62,062 nt of DNA from Phycisphaerae bacterium (lineage in GTDB: Bacteria; Planctomycetota; Phycisphaerae; SM23-33). The notes beneath the pieces were generated by a model, which ran no database searches, was not told the origin of the DNA, and saw nothing but the letters and a program-made list of their open reading frames with translations. Location: NCBI GenBank assembly GCA_016929245.1, contig JAFGJE010000251.1, forward strand, positions 1-62,062, written 5' to 3'. Position 1 is the stretch's first letter. Every line of letters begins with the position of its first letter. This document shows, in pieces, positions 19,360 to 29,694 of the stretch. The position numbers were made by a program, and so were the translations under genes.

Positions 19360-19402
19360 GCGTGGGGTCCTTCGACTCCGCTTCGCTCCGCTCAGGATGA
19401 CA
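19360..19402 (-). repeat. Family A copy A5 (single)
   Basis: Reverse complement is identical over 43/43 nt to A10 at 34586. Confidence 0.92.
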
Positions 19403-19412
19403 ATACGTGACC

Positions 19413-20441
19413 ATGAAATACGACGAAGCGTTGACATCACGGGTGAAGGAATCGGCGCTGGAGTGCGGTTTCGCGCGCGTGGGCGTCGCGCCGGTCGGCG
19501 CGGTGGAACACGCCGACGCGTTCCGCGCCTGGCTGGCGGCCGGTTATCACGCCGACATGACGTACCTGGAAGAGAACGTCGAAAAGCGTCTGAATCCCGC
19601 TCAACTGATCGAAGGCGCGAAGTCGGTGATCTGCCTGGCGGTGTCCTACGCGCCGGACGGTGACGAACCCTCGACTGACGCCTTCATCGCCCGTTACGCG
19701 CGAGGCGGGGATTATCACAAGGTGCTCAAAAAACGCGCCCAAACGCTGTGCGATCGCATCCGCACCGTGGAACCCTCGTTCGAGGGCAGGGCGTTTGTGG
19801 ATACCGCGCCGGTCGCGGAGCGAACTCTCGCCGCCGCGGCGGGACTGGGGTGGATCGGGCGCAACGGTTCGCTGATTGTCCCCGGCCTGGGCAGTTATAT
19901 TTTGCTGGCGGAGATCGTCTGCAACCTGCCGCTTCGTCCCGACGAACCGCGTCCCAACGGCTGCGGCGACTGCGAAAAGTGCCTCGCCGCCTGTCCCACC
20001 GGCGCGATCGTCGCGGGAAAAACCATCGACGCCCGCCGCTGCCTGAGCTACCAGACCATCGAAAATCGCGGCGAGATTCCCCCGGGCCTTTGGCCGTTGC
20101 TGGGCCAGTGCGTCTTCGGCTGCGACGCCTGCCAGGCGATCTGCCCCCACAACCGCCGCCGCGTGCGGGGAGACGCGGAACTGACTCACCCGCCCGATTC
20201 CGAGCCGTTATCGTTACAGGATATTCTCACCTGGACGGAATCCGACTGGGACCGCGCCACGCGAGGAAAAGCCTTCCGACGGGCGGATCACCGCATGTTC
20301 CTGCGCAACGCGATCCTGGCGGCCGGCAATGCCGGCGATGCCTCTCACCTGCCATTATTGGAAGCTCTTCCGAAAGAAGAGACATTACAGCCTTATATTG
20401 ACTGGGCGCGAAAACAAATATCCGGTTCTTGTGAACAATGA
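19413..20441 (+). CDS. queG: tRNA epoxyqueuosine(34) reductase
   Basis: GYHADMTYL, ARYARGGDYHKV, VDTAPVAER, CGDCEKCLAACPTGA, DARRCLSYQTIE, FGCDACQAICPHN. Confidence 0.93.
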   Translation: MKYDEALTSRVKESALECGFARVGVAPVGAVEHADAFRAWLAAGYHADMTYLEENVEKRLNPAQLIEGAKSVICLAVSYAPDGDEPSTDAFIARYARGGDYHKVLKKRAQTLCDRIRTVEPSFEGRAFVDTAPVAERTLAAAAGLGWIGRNGSLIVPGLGSYILLAEIVCNLPLRPDEPRPNGCGDCEKCLAACPTGAIVAGKTIDARRCLSYQTIENRGEIPPGLWPLLGQCVFGCDACQAICPHNRRRVRGDAELTHPPDSEPLSLQDILTWTESDWDRATRGKAFRRADHRMFLRNAILAAGNAGDASHLPLLEALPKEETLQPYIDWARKQISGSCEQ

Positions 20442-20509
20442 GTGTTTGACCCAGCTGGTTCTACCGCACTATAAATAAGCTCTTTGGAACAGTGACAATG
20501 CCTTATTTC

Positions 20510-20603
20510 TGTCATCCTGAGCGGAGCGCAGCGAAGTCGAAAAACCTCACGGGTAACTAGGCGTAAGGTCCTTCGACTTCGCTGCGCTCCGCTCAGGATG
20601 ACA
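20510..20603. repeat. Family A inverted doublet A6(+)/A7(-) with 18-nt spacer
   Basis: TGTCATCCTGAGCGGAGCGCAGCGAAGTCGAAAAACCT-CACGGGTAACTAGGCGTA-AGGTCCTTCGACTTCGCTGCGCTCCGCTCAGGATGACA. Confidence 0.92.
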
Positions 20604-20666
20604 GACAATATTTTTCTGTTCCCAAATACGAAATCATCTATCTCGCGTAGATATGGAAGGAATATC

Positions 20667-21236
20667 ATGGACCTGAATAAAATCGAGGACGCGGTTCGGA
20701 CGATCTTACAAGCCGTCGGCGAGAATCCCGCGCGGGAAGGCCTGCGGGAAACCCCCACCCGCGTCGCGCGCATGTACGAGGAATTGCTCGGTGGTATGGA
20801 CGTGGATCCCGCGGCGCTGATGGACGTGCACTTCACCGAGGAGTACGACGAAATGGTCGTCCTGCGCGATATTCCGTTTTACTCGATCTGCGAACACCAC
20901 CTGCTGCCCTTCATGGGCAAGGCGCACGTGGCGTACCTGCCGAACGGCAAGGTGGTGGGGTTGAGCAAGCTCGCGCGCGTCGTGGAGGCCTTCGCGCGTC
21001 GCCCCCAGGTGCAGGAGCGGCTGACCGGGCAGATCGCCGACCTGATCATGAACAAGCTCGGCGCCCGGGGCGCGGGCGTGATTATCGAAGCCACCCACAC
21101 CTGCATGACCATTCGCGGCGTGAAGAAGCCCGGTTCCGTGATGGTCACCTCCGCGATGAAAGGCCTGTTCCGCACGAACATCGCCACCCGCGCCGAGGCG
21201 ATCAACCTTCTAACGGGCGGCCGATCGACGATGTAA
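20667..21236 (+). CDS. folE: GTP cyclohydrolase I
   Basis: [50 protein letters not shown]. Confidence 0.97.
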   Translation: MDLNKIEDAVRTILQAVGENPAREGLRETPTRVARMYEELLGGMDVDPAALMDVHFTEEYDEMVVLRDIPFYSICEHHLLPFMGKAHVAYLPNGKVVGLSKLARVVEAFARRPQVQERLTGQIADLIMNKLGARGAGVIIEATHTCMTIRGVKKPGSVMVTSAMKGLFRTNIATRAEAINLLTGGRSTM

Positions 21237-21251
21237 GAGCGTGTATGAAAA

Positions 21252-21361
21252 GTGGCTTGGACATCTTGTCCAAGCGTCTCACGGACGTCTCGCCCGTGAA
21301 AAAACAACACAAAGCAGGGTCAAGATGACCCCGCGACACTTGGGCGGGACGCCCCAGCCAC
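21252..21361. repeat. Degenerate GTGGC-tagged REP cluster (family F)
   Basis: GTGGC...GCCAC ends; hairpins GCTTGGACA-TCT-TGTCCAAGC, CACGG(A)CG..CGCCCGTG, GGGTCA-AGA-TGACCC and GGGCG-GGA-CGCCC. Confidence 0.6.
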
Positions 21362-21432
21362 GATAAAGAACCTTTTCATTCACGCTCTAAGAGCGATAGG
21401 TTGCTCCGAACAGTTATGCTATAATCCCCGCC

Positions 21433-22335
21433 GTGCGTTTCCCCACCGTCAGCGTGATCCTGCCCGCGTACAACGCCGAAGCCTTTATCGCGGAGGCCGT
21501 CGAATCCGTCCGCGCGCAGACGTACACGGACTATGAACTCATCGCCGTCGACGACGGTTCGACCGACCGCACGGGCGAGATTCTCGACGAACTGGCGAAA
21601 GAGTTCCCCGCGATGCGCGTTGTTCGCCAGGCCAACACGGGTCTTGCCGGCGCCCGCAACGCCGCCGTCGCCGCCATGCGGGGGACATACATCGCCCTGC
21701 TCGACGCGGACGACCTCTGGCTGCCCGAAAAACTCGCGCGGTGCGTGGCGTTCCTCGAAGAGAATCCCCACCTGTCCATCGTCTACACGCCGATGACGCC
21801 GTTCGACGGCGCGACGGGCGAACGCATGGAGGGACACTCCAAACCCTGTCACGCCGGCGAACTGACGGAAAAACTCTTCGGGAGCATCTTCGTGCACGAC
21901 CCCGCGGCGGTGTTCCACAAGCGCGTCATCGAAACCTGCGGCGGGTTCGACGAATCCCTGCCCGTGAGCATCGGAAACGAATTCTGGCTTCGCGTTTCGG
22001 TTCATTTCGCGTTCGGGCTGATCGACGAACCGCTGGCGCTGCGCCGCTGGAGCGAAACCAGCCTGACGCGTTCCAACCGTCTTCGAGGCCGACTGATCAA
22101 AGCGGACATGTTGGAAGCGTTTTACTTCCACAAGGGTGGCCGGGATCGAATCCCCCGCGCCAAGGCCATGCGCCGCCTGGCGAAAGTGAACTACAGCGCC
22201 GGTAAACTGCTCCTGCGGCAATTCCGTTGTCGCGAGGCGATGAAGCGTTTCGTCAAGGCGCTGCGTTTTCGGCCGGGTTATTTTAAAGCCTACCCCTTCG
22301 CGCTATTCTCCCTCCTCGGCGCCGCGGTTCGTTGA
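21433..22335 (+). CDS. Glycosyltransferase family 2
   Basis: SVILPAYN, VDDGSTD, NTGLAGARN, ALLDADD. Confidence 0.93.
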   Translation: MRFPTVSVILPAYNAEAFIAEAVESVRAQTYTDYELIAVDDGSTDRTGEILDELAKEFPAMRVVRQANTGLAGARNAAVAAMRGTYIALLDADDLWLPEKLARCVAFLEENPHLSIVYTPMTPFDGATGERMEGHSKPCHAGELTEKLFGSIFVHDPAAVFHKRVIETCGGFDESLPVSIGNEFWLRVSVHFAFGLIDEPLALRRWSETSLTRSNRLRGRLIKADMLEAFYFHKGGRDRIPRAKAMRRLAKVNYSAGKLLLRQFRCREAMKRFVKALRFRPGYFKAYPFALFSLLGAAVR

Positions 22336-22341
22336 AGATTC

Positions 22342-23142
22342 CTAAATCTTCAACGTCTCGCCGGGTTTCAGTTCGCGCGGTTCCCAGTTGGGTTCAATCG
22401 TAAACCAGACGCTGATCGCCGAGGGATTCTGAAGGATCGAACCGTCGGCGGAGGATCGCACGCGCCGCAGCGCCTCGACGTACTCGACGATCTGGCGGTT
22501 CGTCGCGTACCAGATATCCTCGCGGCCGCCCATTTTTTCGCAGAACGTTTCGATGAGATCCCAGTTATTGTTGCGGTCGAACTCGTAGCTGTGTCCCCAG
22601 ACGTACAAACAATGCAGGCCGACGAAATCATGATGGCGCAATCCCAAAAACGCCTCCGCCGTATCGAGGCAGTCCCGGTGATGGCACGACGGATGCCACT
22701 CCAGCCAATCCTCCGGCAGGGAGAATTTACCCGTCGCCTTCGTCGTGCGGCTGTAGCGAACCCCGCACGCGCGGAGCAGCTCGATCACGCGAGAATCGTA
22801 ATCGCCCATCGGATAACTCATGCCGTCCACCGGATACCCCACCAGCGATTCCAGCCGCCGGCGATTCTCCAGCACCTCCGCGAGAATTTCCTCGCGGGAC
22901 AACAGCGACAGATACGGATGCCGATTCGAGTGCAGCGACACCTCAAAACCGTCGTACACGTCGGCGATGTCCGCGGTCGGGATGCGTGATTCGCCCTGCA
23001 CGTTATCCAGATGAAACGTCCCGCGGATTCCGTGACGCTTCAGGATGGAAATGAGTTGACGATCTTCCACCACACCGTCGTCATAACTCAGCGTGAGACA
23101 TTTTTTCATCCCGCCGGGCCAGCGATTCAATATGGTTTTCAA
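22342..23142 (-). CDS. Polysaccharide deacetylase family protein
   Basis: LTLSYDDG, SLHSNRHPYL, GMSYPMG, YVWGHSYE. Confidence 0.88.
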   Translation of the reverse strand: MKTILNRWPGGMKKCLTLSYDDGVVEDRQLISILKRHGIRGTFHLDNVQGESRIPTADIADVYDGFEVSLHSNRHPYLSLLSREEILAEVLENRRRLESLVGYPVDGMSYPMGDYDSRVIELLRACGVRYSRTTKATGKFSLPEDWLEWHPSCHHRDCLDTAEAFLGLRHHDFVGLHCLYVWGHSYEFDRNNNWDLIETFCEKMGGREDIWYATNRQIVEYVEALRRVRSSADGSILQNPSAISVWFTIEPNWEPRELKPGETLKI

Positions 23143-23172
23143 CGCGGCGTTCCTTTCCTCTTGTCTGGAGAC

Positions 23173-25524
23173 CTACCGTCCATCCGAGGCGGCGATATCC
23201 GCCGACCGAGACTGCTTTTGCCGCTGGAGAAGGCGATTCAACTGAAGATATTTCCGCAACCCGTCCAGCGGCGGCGTTCCGGCGAGGCGTTCACCGGGCG
23301 GATTGGCCAACCGAATCGGTTCCACGTCGGAATACACGTCCCAGAGTTTCTCGATGGGAACCAGGTACACGTCCTCGTGCGTTTTGTGCAGTTTCTTCGC
23401 CAGCGCCGCCACGACGTCCTTCATCAGCACGTTCGGTCCATTCTCGGTTTCGATGATTTTTTCTTCCAGGGCTTCGTTGGGCCCCATCAGGAGCATATCC
23501 AGTCCGCTTCGGCGGACCGCGACCACCGCCCACCCGCTGCGGACGGCTTTGTGAAACGTCCGCGCGACGGCCAGGGCGCGGCGCACGTGGTCCGCGCCCA
23601 CCTGCGTTCGCAGCACCATCAGCCCGTAATCGTCCGTTCCGTCGGGGTTGCGCAATTCCGTGAGTCGTTTGCAGCGGCGCAGCACGGTTTCGTTGTAGCA
23701 CCGCCACGCCTGCGGATGATCGGCCGGGAGGGGCGCGAGCATCACGCCGTCGTAATAATCGCATCCCTGGTACGCATTGAAGTTGAGGCGCGCGTAGCGG
23801 AAAAACTCCGGCGCGGTGTACGCCAGCGGCGGCGAGTAGGAATAGCGTCGAATCCGGTCGGGCGGTTCGGGCTGCGCGCCCGTGGCGTAGAAGCGATTGG
23901 GCAATTCCGGGGGCAAATCCTCCGCCGCGGTGCTGACGATCCACCATCGCCCGCGCCGCAGCGCGAACACCCCGTCGTCCAGAATCCTTCCGTCTTTTTC
24001 CCGGAATTCATACAGGCATCGCGTGACGAGATTCGAGCGACCGGGGGCGGCCATCGGAAAAACACCGTCCTGGTGATACTGCTGCAGGGCGAGGTCGCGT
24101 CGGCTGAGCGTGGTCAGCCACACGCCCGGATGCACCTCGCGCGGGGAGGGAACGACTTGCTCCAGAGCGATGAAGATCGCCGGAAGCATCGTCGCGCACA
24201 AGCCGATCGACCAGCCCATCCATTCCAGGCGATGCGCCCAGCCTCGGCTGTGACGGGCGCCGTCGATTCCGCCGGCGAGAATCATCCCCCCCGCCGACAG
24301 GATCAAAGGCCATCCGCCCAGGCAAGTCGATCCCAGGAGCAGGAACACGAACACGGCCGTGAGCAACCCGCCGACGCCGGCGGCGAGATACGCCCCGGCG
24401 GTTCCGCCGGCCTGGGCGAAGGTGCGACGCTGATGGGACATCACCATCGCGCCCAGCGAGGCGATGGGAATCTGCGTCGCCACGGCGAACAGGAGCATCC
24501 ATCCCGCGCCGCCGTCCAATGCGCCGCCGAGGATGAACTCGGCGGACTGCGCCAGCATCGCCGCCGCCAGGCCGATCACCGCGCCGCTGACCTGTCTGGC
24601 GCCGGGAGGACGACCCTTCCGGTCGATCCGCGAAAGAAAAAATCCCAGCAGCGAAAGGGATAGAAACACCCACAACACGCGGCGCGTCAGATTCAGGCTG
24701 AACACGTCCCCCAGCAGTCGCATCTGTATCAGCAACACGACCGTCAGCACCCCGTGGGCCGCGGCGATGCGCCAGACGGACCCGCGGGACGGCGGTCCGA
24801 AGGGCAGGAGTTCCTTGCGCGGATGCGTCGAGAGTTCCAGACGCGAAACGGCCGTCAAGGCCGCCAGCAGAATCAACCCCGCCACGGCGAACACGAGGTA
24901 AATCAGGTTCGAGCCGAACCACCAGCTCACGGCGAAGGCGAAGCACCCCAGCGCCACGCCCCACAACCAGTCGCGGTAGGCCGACGCGTACGTGTCGCGC
25001 CCGCCGGACGCCCGAACGACCGTCGAGGCGTACAACGTGCAGACCAGTCCCACCGCCGCGGGGAGGGTTCCGATCAGCAGCGTGACCGCTTCAATCCCAC
25101 GCCAGGTGTAATCATCGAGCAGGAACCACTCTCCCAGCAGCGCCGCGGTCAGCCTCGCCAGCGGAATGCACAGCGTCGAAAGCACGAATCCCGTCACCGC
25201 CACGACCGCCCCGACGGACAGAAGACGCATACGCATACGAACGTCCTCTTTGGAAGAACCCAACGTGTGCCGCAGCGCCGCCGTCAGCGGCGTCCAGGAA
25301 TGCAGGTGCAACCAGTGCAGCATTCGCGAGGCGACGCGGACGAGACGATCCCGTTTCCAGAGACACAGCCAGGTCGTCAGAAACAGACTCAGCAGCACCC
25401 GCAGGCTGAACGATCCCGCGGAGTCGTACGCCCACCCCCACAACACCGTCAGGCAACCGACCCACAGCACCAATCCCGCCAGGATGCCGATCACCGCCAT
25501 TCTGTCCGTAAGAACGGGCTTCAT
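23173..25524 (-). CDS. Multi-TM membrane protein with degenerate spermidine-synthase-like C-terminal domain
   Basis: About 12-14 TM helices followed by a soluble domain (YDGVMLAP...CYNETVLRRCKRL) resembling fused MFS/spermidine synthase proteins. Confidence 0.5.
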   Translation of the reverse strand: MKPVLTDRMAVIGILAGLVLWVGCLTVLWGWAYDSAGSFSLRVLLSLFLTTWLCLWKRDRLVRVASRMLHWLHLHSWTPLTAALRHTLGSSKEDVRMRMRLLSVGAVVAVTGFVLSTLCIPLARLTAALLGEWFLLDDYTWRGIEAVTLLIGTLPAAVGLVCTLYASTVVRASGGRDTYASAYRDWLWGVALGCFAFAVSWWFGSNLIYLVFAVAGLILLAALTAVSRLELSTHPRKELLPFGPPSRGSVWRIAAAHGVLTVVLLIQMRLLGDVFSLNLTRRVLWVFLSLSLLGFFLSRIDRKGRPPGARQVSGAVIGLAAAMLAQSAEFILGGALDGGAGWMLLFAVATQIPIASLGAMVMSHQRRTFAQAGGTAGAYLAAGVGGLLTAVFVFLLLGSTCLGGWPLILSAGGMILAGGIDGARHSRGWAHRLEWMGWSIGLCATMLPAIFIALEQVVPSPREVHPGVWLTTLSRRDLALQQYHQDGVFPMAAPGRSNLVTRCLYEFREKDGRILDDGVFALRRGRWWIVSTAAEDLPPELPNRFYATGAQPEPPDRIRRYSYSPPLAYTAPEFFRYARLNFNAYQGCDYYDGVMLAPLPADHPQAWRCYNETVLRRCKRLTELRNPDGTDDYGLMVLRTQVGADHVRRALAVARTFHKAVRSGWAVVAVRRSGLDMLLMGPNEALEEKIIETENGPNVLMKDVVAALAKKLHKTHEDVYLVPIEKLWDVYSDVEPIRLANPPGERLAGTPPLDGLRKYLQLNRLLQRQKQSRSADIAASDGR

Positions 25525-25657
25525 CGATTCTTCACGTCTCCTCGCCTCCGTCGAAAGGACGGGACACGGACAATAGGATACGAAATTCACCCCGAAGCCG
25601 CGACGATTTTCCCGGACGAGATGGGACGAAAATGGGAGGGAGGGAGAATTTGTTATC

Positions 25658-25758
25658 TGTCATCCTGAGCGGAGCGAAGCGGAGCCGAAAGACCTTACGC
25701 TTCCCTGCCCGTCAGGTCCTTCGACTTCGCTCGAAGACTCGCCGCGCTCAGGATGACA
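25658..25758. repeat. Family A inverted doublet A8(+)/A9(-) with 18-nt spacer
   Basis: TGTCATCCTGAGCGGAGCGAAGCGGAGCCGAAAGACCT-TACGCTTCCCTGCCCGTC-AGGTCCTTCGACTTCGCTCGAAGACTCGCCGCGCTCAGGATGACA. Confidence 0.92.
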
Positions 25759-25782
25759 GAATGATATTTTATTCAGGAAGAA

Positions 25783-28700
25783 CTACGCCAGGGAAACGCA
25801 GACACCGACGTAATTCGACTGAATCTGGTTGATGGACAACCGAAGCAGGCCGTCGTTGTAATTGCTGTCGTAGCTTCGTCCATCCACGCCCCAGGGATTG
25901 TACACCGTCACGTAGTTGCTGGAATCGATGGACACCACCTGGTAGGCGTGGCTGCCGACGACCGGGCTGGAGGCGCCGGAGTAACTGCCCAGCGTCACGG
26001 CGTGTCCGGCGTTCAGGTGGTTCCGCAGGTAACTCGCCAGGTCGCCGGTCGATCCGGTGGTGTATCGGAATTCCGAACTCTGACCGGTCACCTGGCGATA
26101 CACGACGTCCATCCACCCGCCGGAAATCGAGGAGTAGCTGTCCTGCCCGTAGCGGAAGTGGGCGTAGGCCTTCTCGATGAGCGGAACCCAGATTTCGTTC
26201 GTGTCGCTGGTTTTGGCGTAGGCCAGGCTCCCGCCGCTGGTGGTGGGCAGGTCGCCGTCGATCCGCAGATATTCCTCCGTCGAACCGTTGTAGTATCGCA
26301 CGGCGTAGGTGCCGTCGCCCAGGGCGGTGACCATTTCACTGATGATCGTCGGATCGGTCTGGGACAGGCTCGAAACGGCGGCCAGGAAGTAGCAGTCGCC
26401 GATGGATCCCTGGTTGATGTCGTCATACTGCGGGCCGTTGTTGAACACGTCCAGATTCGAGTAATTCTCGTAGTGATAGGAAGTGCTGCTGACGGTCGGA
26501 TCGCGGAAGTTCTGTCCCGCGATTTCCAGGGAGACGTAATCGCCGGAAGAGGGATTCGTGGTGTACGGCTGGTAGAATTCGCCGACGACATGCACGCGTC
26601 CGGTGGCGATTTCCGTGCCGGAAGCGTCGGAGAGCGTGTCGGTCGCGTCGACCCACAGGCTGTCGTTGCCCGTGCCGCCGAAGACGGTGTCCGCGCCGCC
26701 GCCGATGGAGACGATCCTGTCGTCGCCGCCCTGGCCGTAACTGACGCCCTGACCCTGTCCGTTTTCGTAGATCACGTCCGCGCCGTCGCCGCCGTAGATC
26801 AGCGAACCGGCGGTCACGGAATACGTCGTGCGGAGAACGTCGTCGCCGTTAAAACCGTACAGCTCAATGCTGCTGATGACGTTGTTGAAGGTGTAGGACG
26901 CGCTGCCGGTGACGCTGACGGAACCGGCGGTCTGGCTGACGATGATGATGTCGTCGTTGTTCGTGCCCAGCACGCGAAGCACCAGTCCGCTTCCGGTGTT
27001 GTAGACGGCGGCCGTCACGACGACGCCCGGAGTCGGATCGGGCAGATCGGGATTCGGTTCGGGATCCGGATCGGGTTGAGTGGTCTGCGCCGCGAGGCGA
27101 TAATTGCCCGTGTCGGTCGAACCGGCGCTGTAAATGCGCGCGTAATACGTGGCGCCCTCGGTCGAGGAAAATTGGACCGAGGCCGGAACGGAGCCTGTTC
27201 CGACCCCGGTGGTCAGCAGTTGTCCGCTGCTGCTGTAGATCGCGAGCATCGGGCGAACCGTCCCGCTGGTGCGGGTCAGGGACAGCGACATCTCCGCCGT
27301 TTGGGTGGCGGTAAAGCAGATGTAGTCGTTGTCTCCGCCGAATTGGAGTCCTCCATTGACGACCCCCGCGCCGTTCGCGTCGAGGGTGAGCGTCCCTGCC
27401 GTCGCGAACGAACCGCCGTATTCGTCGGCGGTGAGGGTCAATTCCAGATGGTACGCGCCCTGGCTGGTTCCATACGCGTGGGCCTGGACGTAATAGGTCG
27501 CGCCGGCTTCGACGTAGAAACTCACGGCTGAATTGAGCGTTCCGCCGGAATCGTCGTTGTAGGTGATGACCGAACCGGACGCGTCGCGAATGGTCAGATA
27601 CGCGTCCAGGCTGCTTCCGGTCGCTCGCTGCATCGTGACGACCATCCCGCCGCTGTGCGCGGAGGTGAAGGTGAAGTAATCGTGATCGTACGAATAGTCG
27701 ATCACGCCCGAAGCCGTCGTGGGCGTATTGGGATTGATGGTCAGCGACGTCGCGCCGGACCTGGAATTGCTGTGGTCGTCCACGGAAAGGTTGAAATCAA
27801 GAGTGTATTGTCCCCCGCCGCTGGACAACGACGCCGCGCGCACGTAATACGTCTGTCCCGCGGAGGCGTCGAAACTCACCGTGGTCGAACCACCGTAGTA
27901 ACTCGTTCCGTACGTGAGAGATTGTCCCTGGGAATTATAAATCGCGAGATAAGGGCGTATCGCCGGACTGACGTTGTGCATTTGCACCGACATTTCGGCG
28001 CTTTGCGTCGCGGTGAAGGCGAAATAATCCACGTCGGAGCGATAATCGATCGCGCTGTCGACGGTGGCGTTTCCGTCTTCGTCCAGCGTGACCGTCTGGG
28101 CGCCGGCGGGCACGTTCCCCTGCTCGTCCACGGAAAGCGCGAAGGACAGATCGTACGCCCCGACCGACCGTCTCCACCCCCGGGCCTGCACGAAGTAGGT
28201 TTCGCCGGCCTGGACGTAGAAATTCACCTGCGAATCCAGATTCCCCCGCGCCACGTCGTCATTATACGCGATGTATCGCCCGGAGGCGTTACGAACGAAA
28301 ATCATGCTGTCGAGAGTGCTCCCGTCAGCCGCGTTCATGTTGATGGTCAACCCGCCCGTTTCGGGAGCGACGAACCGGAAGTAATCGCGGTCGTACCGAT
28401 AATCGATTTCCTCGGAAACCGTCGTGGTTCCTTCCGCGGCGACGACGACCGTCGTCGCGTCATCCATATCATTGCCGTGTTCGTCGAGCGTATGCGTCAG
28501 TGTGAGTTCATATTCCCCCACGCCGCGCCGCAACCCGGTCGCGAGAATGTAGTATCGCTGCCCCCCCTCGACCAGGAACGCGGTTTGGGCGTCCCGGCTG
28601 CCGCGACAATAATTGTTGTTCGCCGCGATACGACGCCCGGAGGCGTCGAACATCACCAGGAAGGAATCCACGCCCGAAGCGTCGCCGGCCATCGTCGCCA

Positions 28701-29631
28701 GCATTCCGCCGTCGCCGGCGGCGACGAACGTGAACATGTCGTAATCCCGGAAATATTCGATTCCCCCGGTCACCGTCAGGCCGGCGTCGGCGTCGATGGA
28801 AATCGAGGTGGCCGTCGCGGGGGTGTTTCCTTCCTCGTCCACGGCCAGATCGAGTTCCAGACGATATCCGCCCGTCACGCGACCCCGAGCCAGGGCGCAG
28901 ACGTAATACGTTTCCCCCGCCTCCACCGCGAGGGTCACCCGGGAATTCCGATCGTACCGGGAGACATTGTTGTTCACGGCGATGCGCCGACCGGCGGAGT
29001 TGTATACGTACAGGAGCGAATCGATGCTCGATCCCAGCGCCGACATGTCGATGGTCAATCCGCCGGAATCGCCGGCGACGAACGTGAACATGTCCTGATC
29101 CCGGTAGTAATCGATGGAAGAATCGTGAACGGTCACGGCGTCGCCGTTGACGGTCAGGGACGTCGCGCCGACGAAGCCGGCGGCGTCCTCGTCTTCGGAA
29201 AACACCAGCGACAAGTCGTATCGGCCCGTGCCGCGATACCCCAGGGCGCGAAGATAATAGGTTTGCCCGGCCTCCACGAACATCTCCACGCACGCGTCGG
29301 GATTGCCCCGGGCCATATCATTGTTGGAGGCCCGGCGGCGATAATTCGCGTCGTAGAGATACAGCAGGGAGTTGATCCCATCCCCGGCATCGGTCATCGT
29401 CGCGCGCAATCCACCGGTGACGGGCGCGATGAATTTAATATAATCGTTATCCGTTGCGGATTCGATTTCCCCGGAAACAACCGTTACCTCGTCGGCAAGG
29501 ACCGCTACCTCATCTGCTGTCCAAATGGTGTCGCTATAATCCCCCAGCGCCGATCCGAGCACACTTCCACTAAGAAGAAGTCGAGGTTCCAACGTTTCCA
29601 CAACGGGAAGATTAAGCTTATCCGTATACAT
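25783..29631 (-). CDS. Extracellular calpain-like (peptidase C2) cysteine protease with LEPRxLL motif, 7 PPC-like repeats and Ca-binding GGxGxD repeats
   Basis: ETLEPRLLLS; seven D-x-D-Y/M-F-x-F repeats; PDPDPEP linker; GGDGADVI/GQGGDDRI/GGTGNDSL; catalytic QGSIGDCYFLAA, GSHAY, NPWG. Confidence 0.85.
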   Translation of the reverse strand: MYTDKLNLPVVETLEPRLLLSGSVLGSALGDYSDTIWTADEVAVLADEVTVVSGEIESATDNDYIKFIAPVTGGLRATMTDAGDGINSLLYLYDANYRRRASNNDMARGNPDACVEMFVEAGQTYYLRALGYRGTGRYDLSLVFSEDEDAAGFVGATSLTVNGDAVTVHDSSIDYYRDQDMFTFVAGDSGGLTIDMSALGSSIDSLLYVYNSAGRRIAVNNNVSRYDRNSRVTLAVEAGETYYVCALARGRVTGGYRLELDLAVDEEGNTPATATSISIDADAGLTVTGGIEYFRDYDMFTFVAAGDGGMLATMAGDASGVDSFLVMFDASGRRIAANNNYCRGSRDAQTAFLVEGGQRYYILATGLRRGVGEYELTLTHTLDEHGNDMDDATTVVVAAEGTTTVSEEIDYRYDRDYFRFVAPETGGLTINMNAADGSTLDSMIFVRNASGRYIAYNDDVARGNLDSQVNFYVQAGETYFVQARGWRRSVGAYDLSFALSVDEQGNVPAGAQTVTLDEDGNATVDSAIDYRSDVDYFAFTATQSAEMSVQMHNVSPAIRPYLAIYNSQGQSLTYGTSYYGGSTTVSFDASAGQTYYVRAASLSSGGGQYTLDFNLSVDDHSNSRSGATSLTINPNTPTTASGVIDYSYDHDYFTFTSAHSGGMVVTMQRATGSSLDAYLTIRDASGSVITYNDDSGGTLNSAVSFYVEAGATYYVQAHAYGTSQGAYHLELTLTADEYGGSFATAGTLTLDANGAGVVNGGLQFGGDNDYICFTATQTAEMSLSLTRTSGTVRPMLAIYSSSGQLLTTGVGTGSVPASVQFSSTEGATYYARIYSAGSTDTGNYRLAAQTTQPDPDPEPNPDLPDPTPGVVVTAAVYNTGSGLVLRVLGTNNDDIIIVSQTAGSVSVTGSASYTFNNVISSIELYGFNGDDVLRTTYSVTAGSLIYGGDGADVIYENGQGQGVSYGQGGDDRIVSIGGGADTVFGGTGNDSLWVDATDTLSDASGTEIATGRVHVVGEFYQPYTTNPSSGDYVSLEIAGQNFRDPTVSSTSYHYENYSNLDVFNNGPQYDDINQGSIGDCYFLAAVSSLSQTDPTIISEMVTALGDGTYAVRYYNGSTEEYLRIDGDLPTTSGGSLAYAKTSDTNEIWVPLIEKAYAHFRYGQDSYSSISGGWMDVVYRQVTGQSSEFRYTTGSTGDLASYLRNHLNAGHAVTLGSYSGASSPVVGSHAYQVVSIDSSNYVTVYNPWGVDGRSYDSNYNDGLLRLSINQIQSNYVGVCVSLA

Positions 29632-29694
29632 TTCAGCACCTTACAGCAGCCATGAGATCGCCCTCTCCCGAAAACTCGACCTGGCGCAGTAGTC

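Noticed and set aside
19413-21236. queG-folE adjacency as a novel modification cluster
   Set aside because: Both are ordinary queuosine/folate genes and no additional modification genes are nearby.
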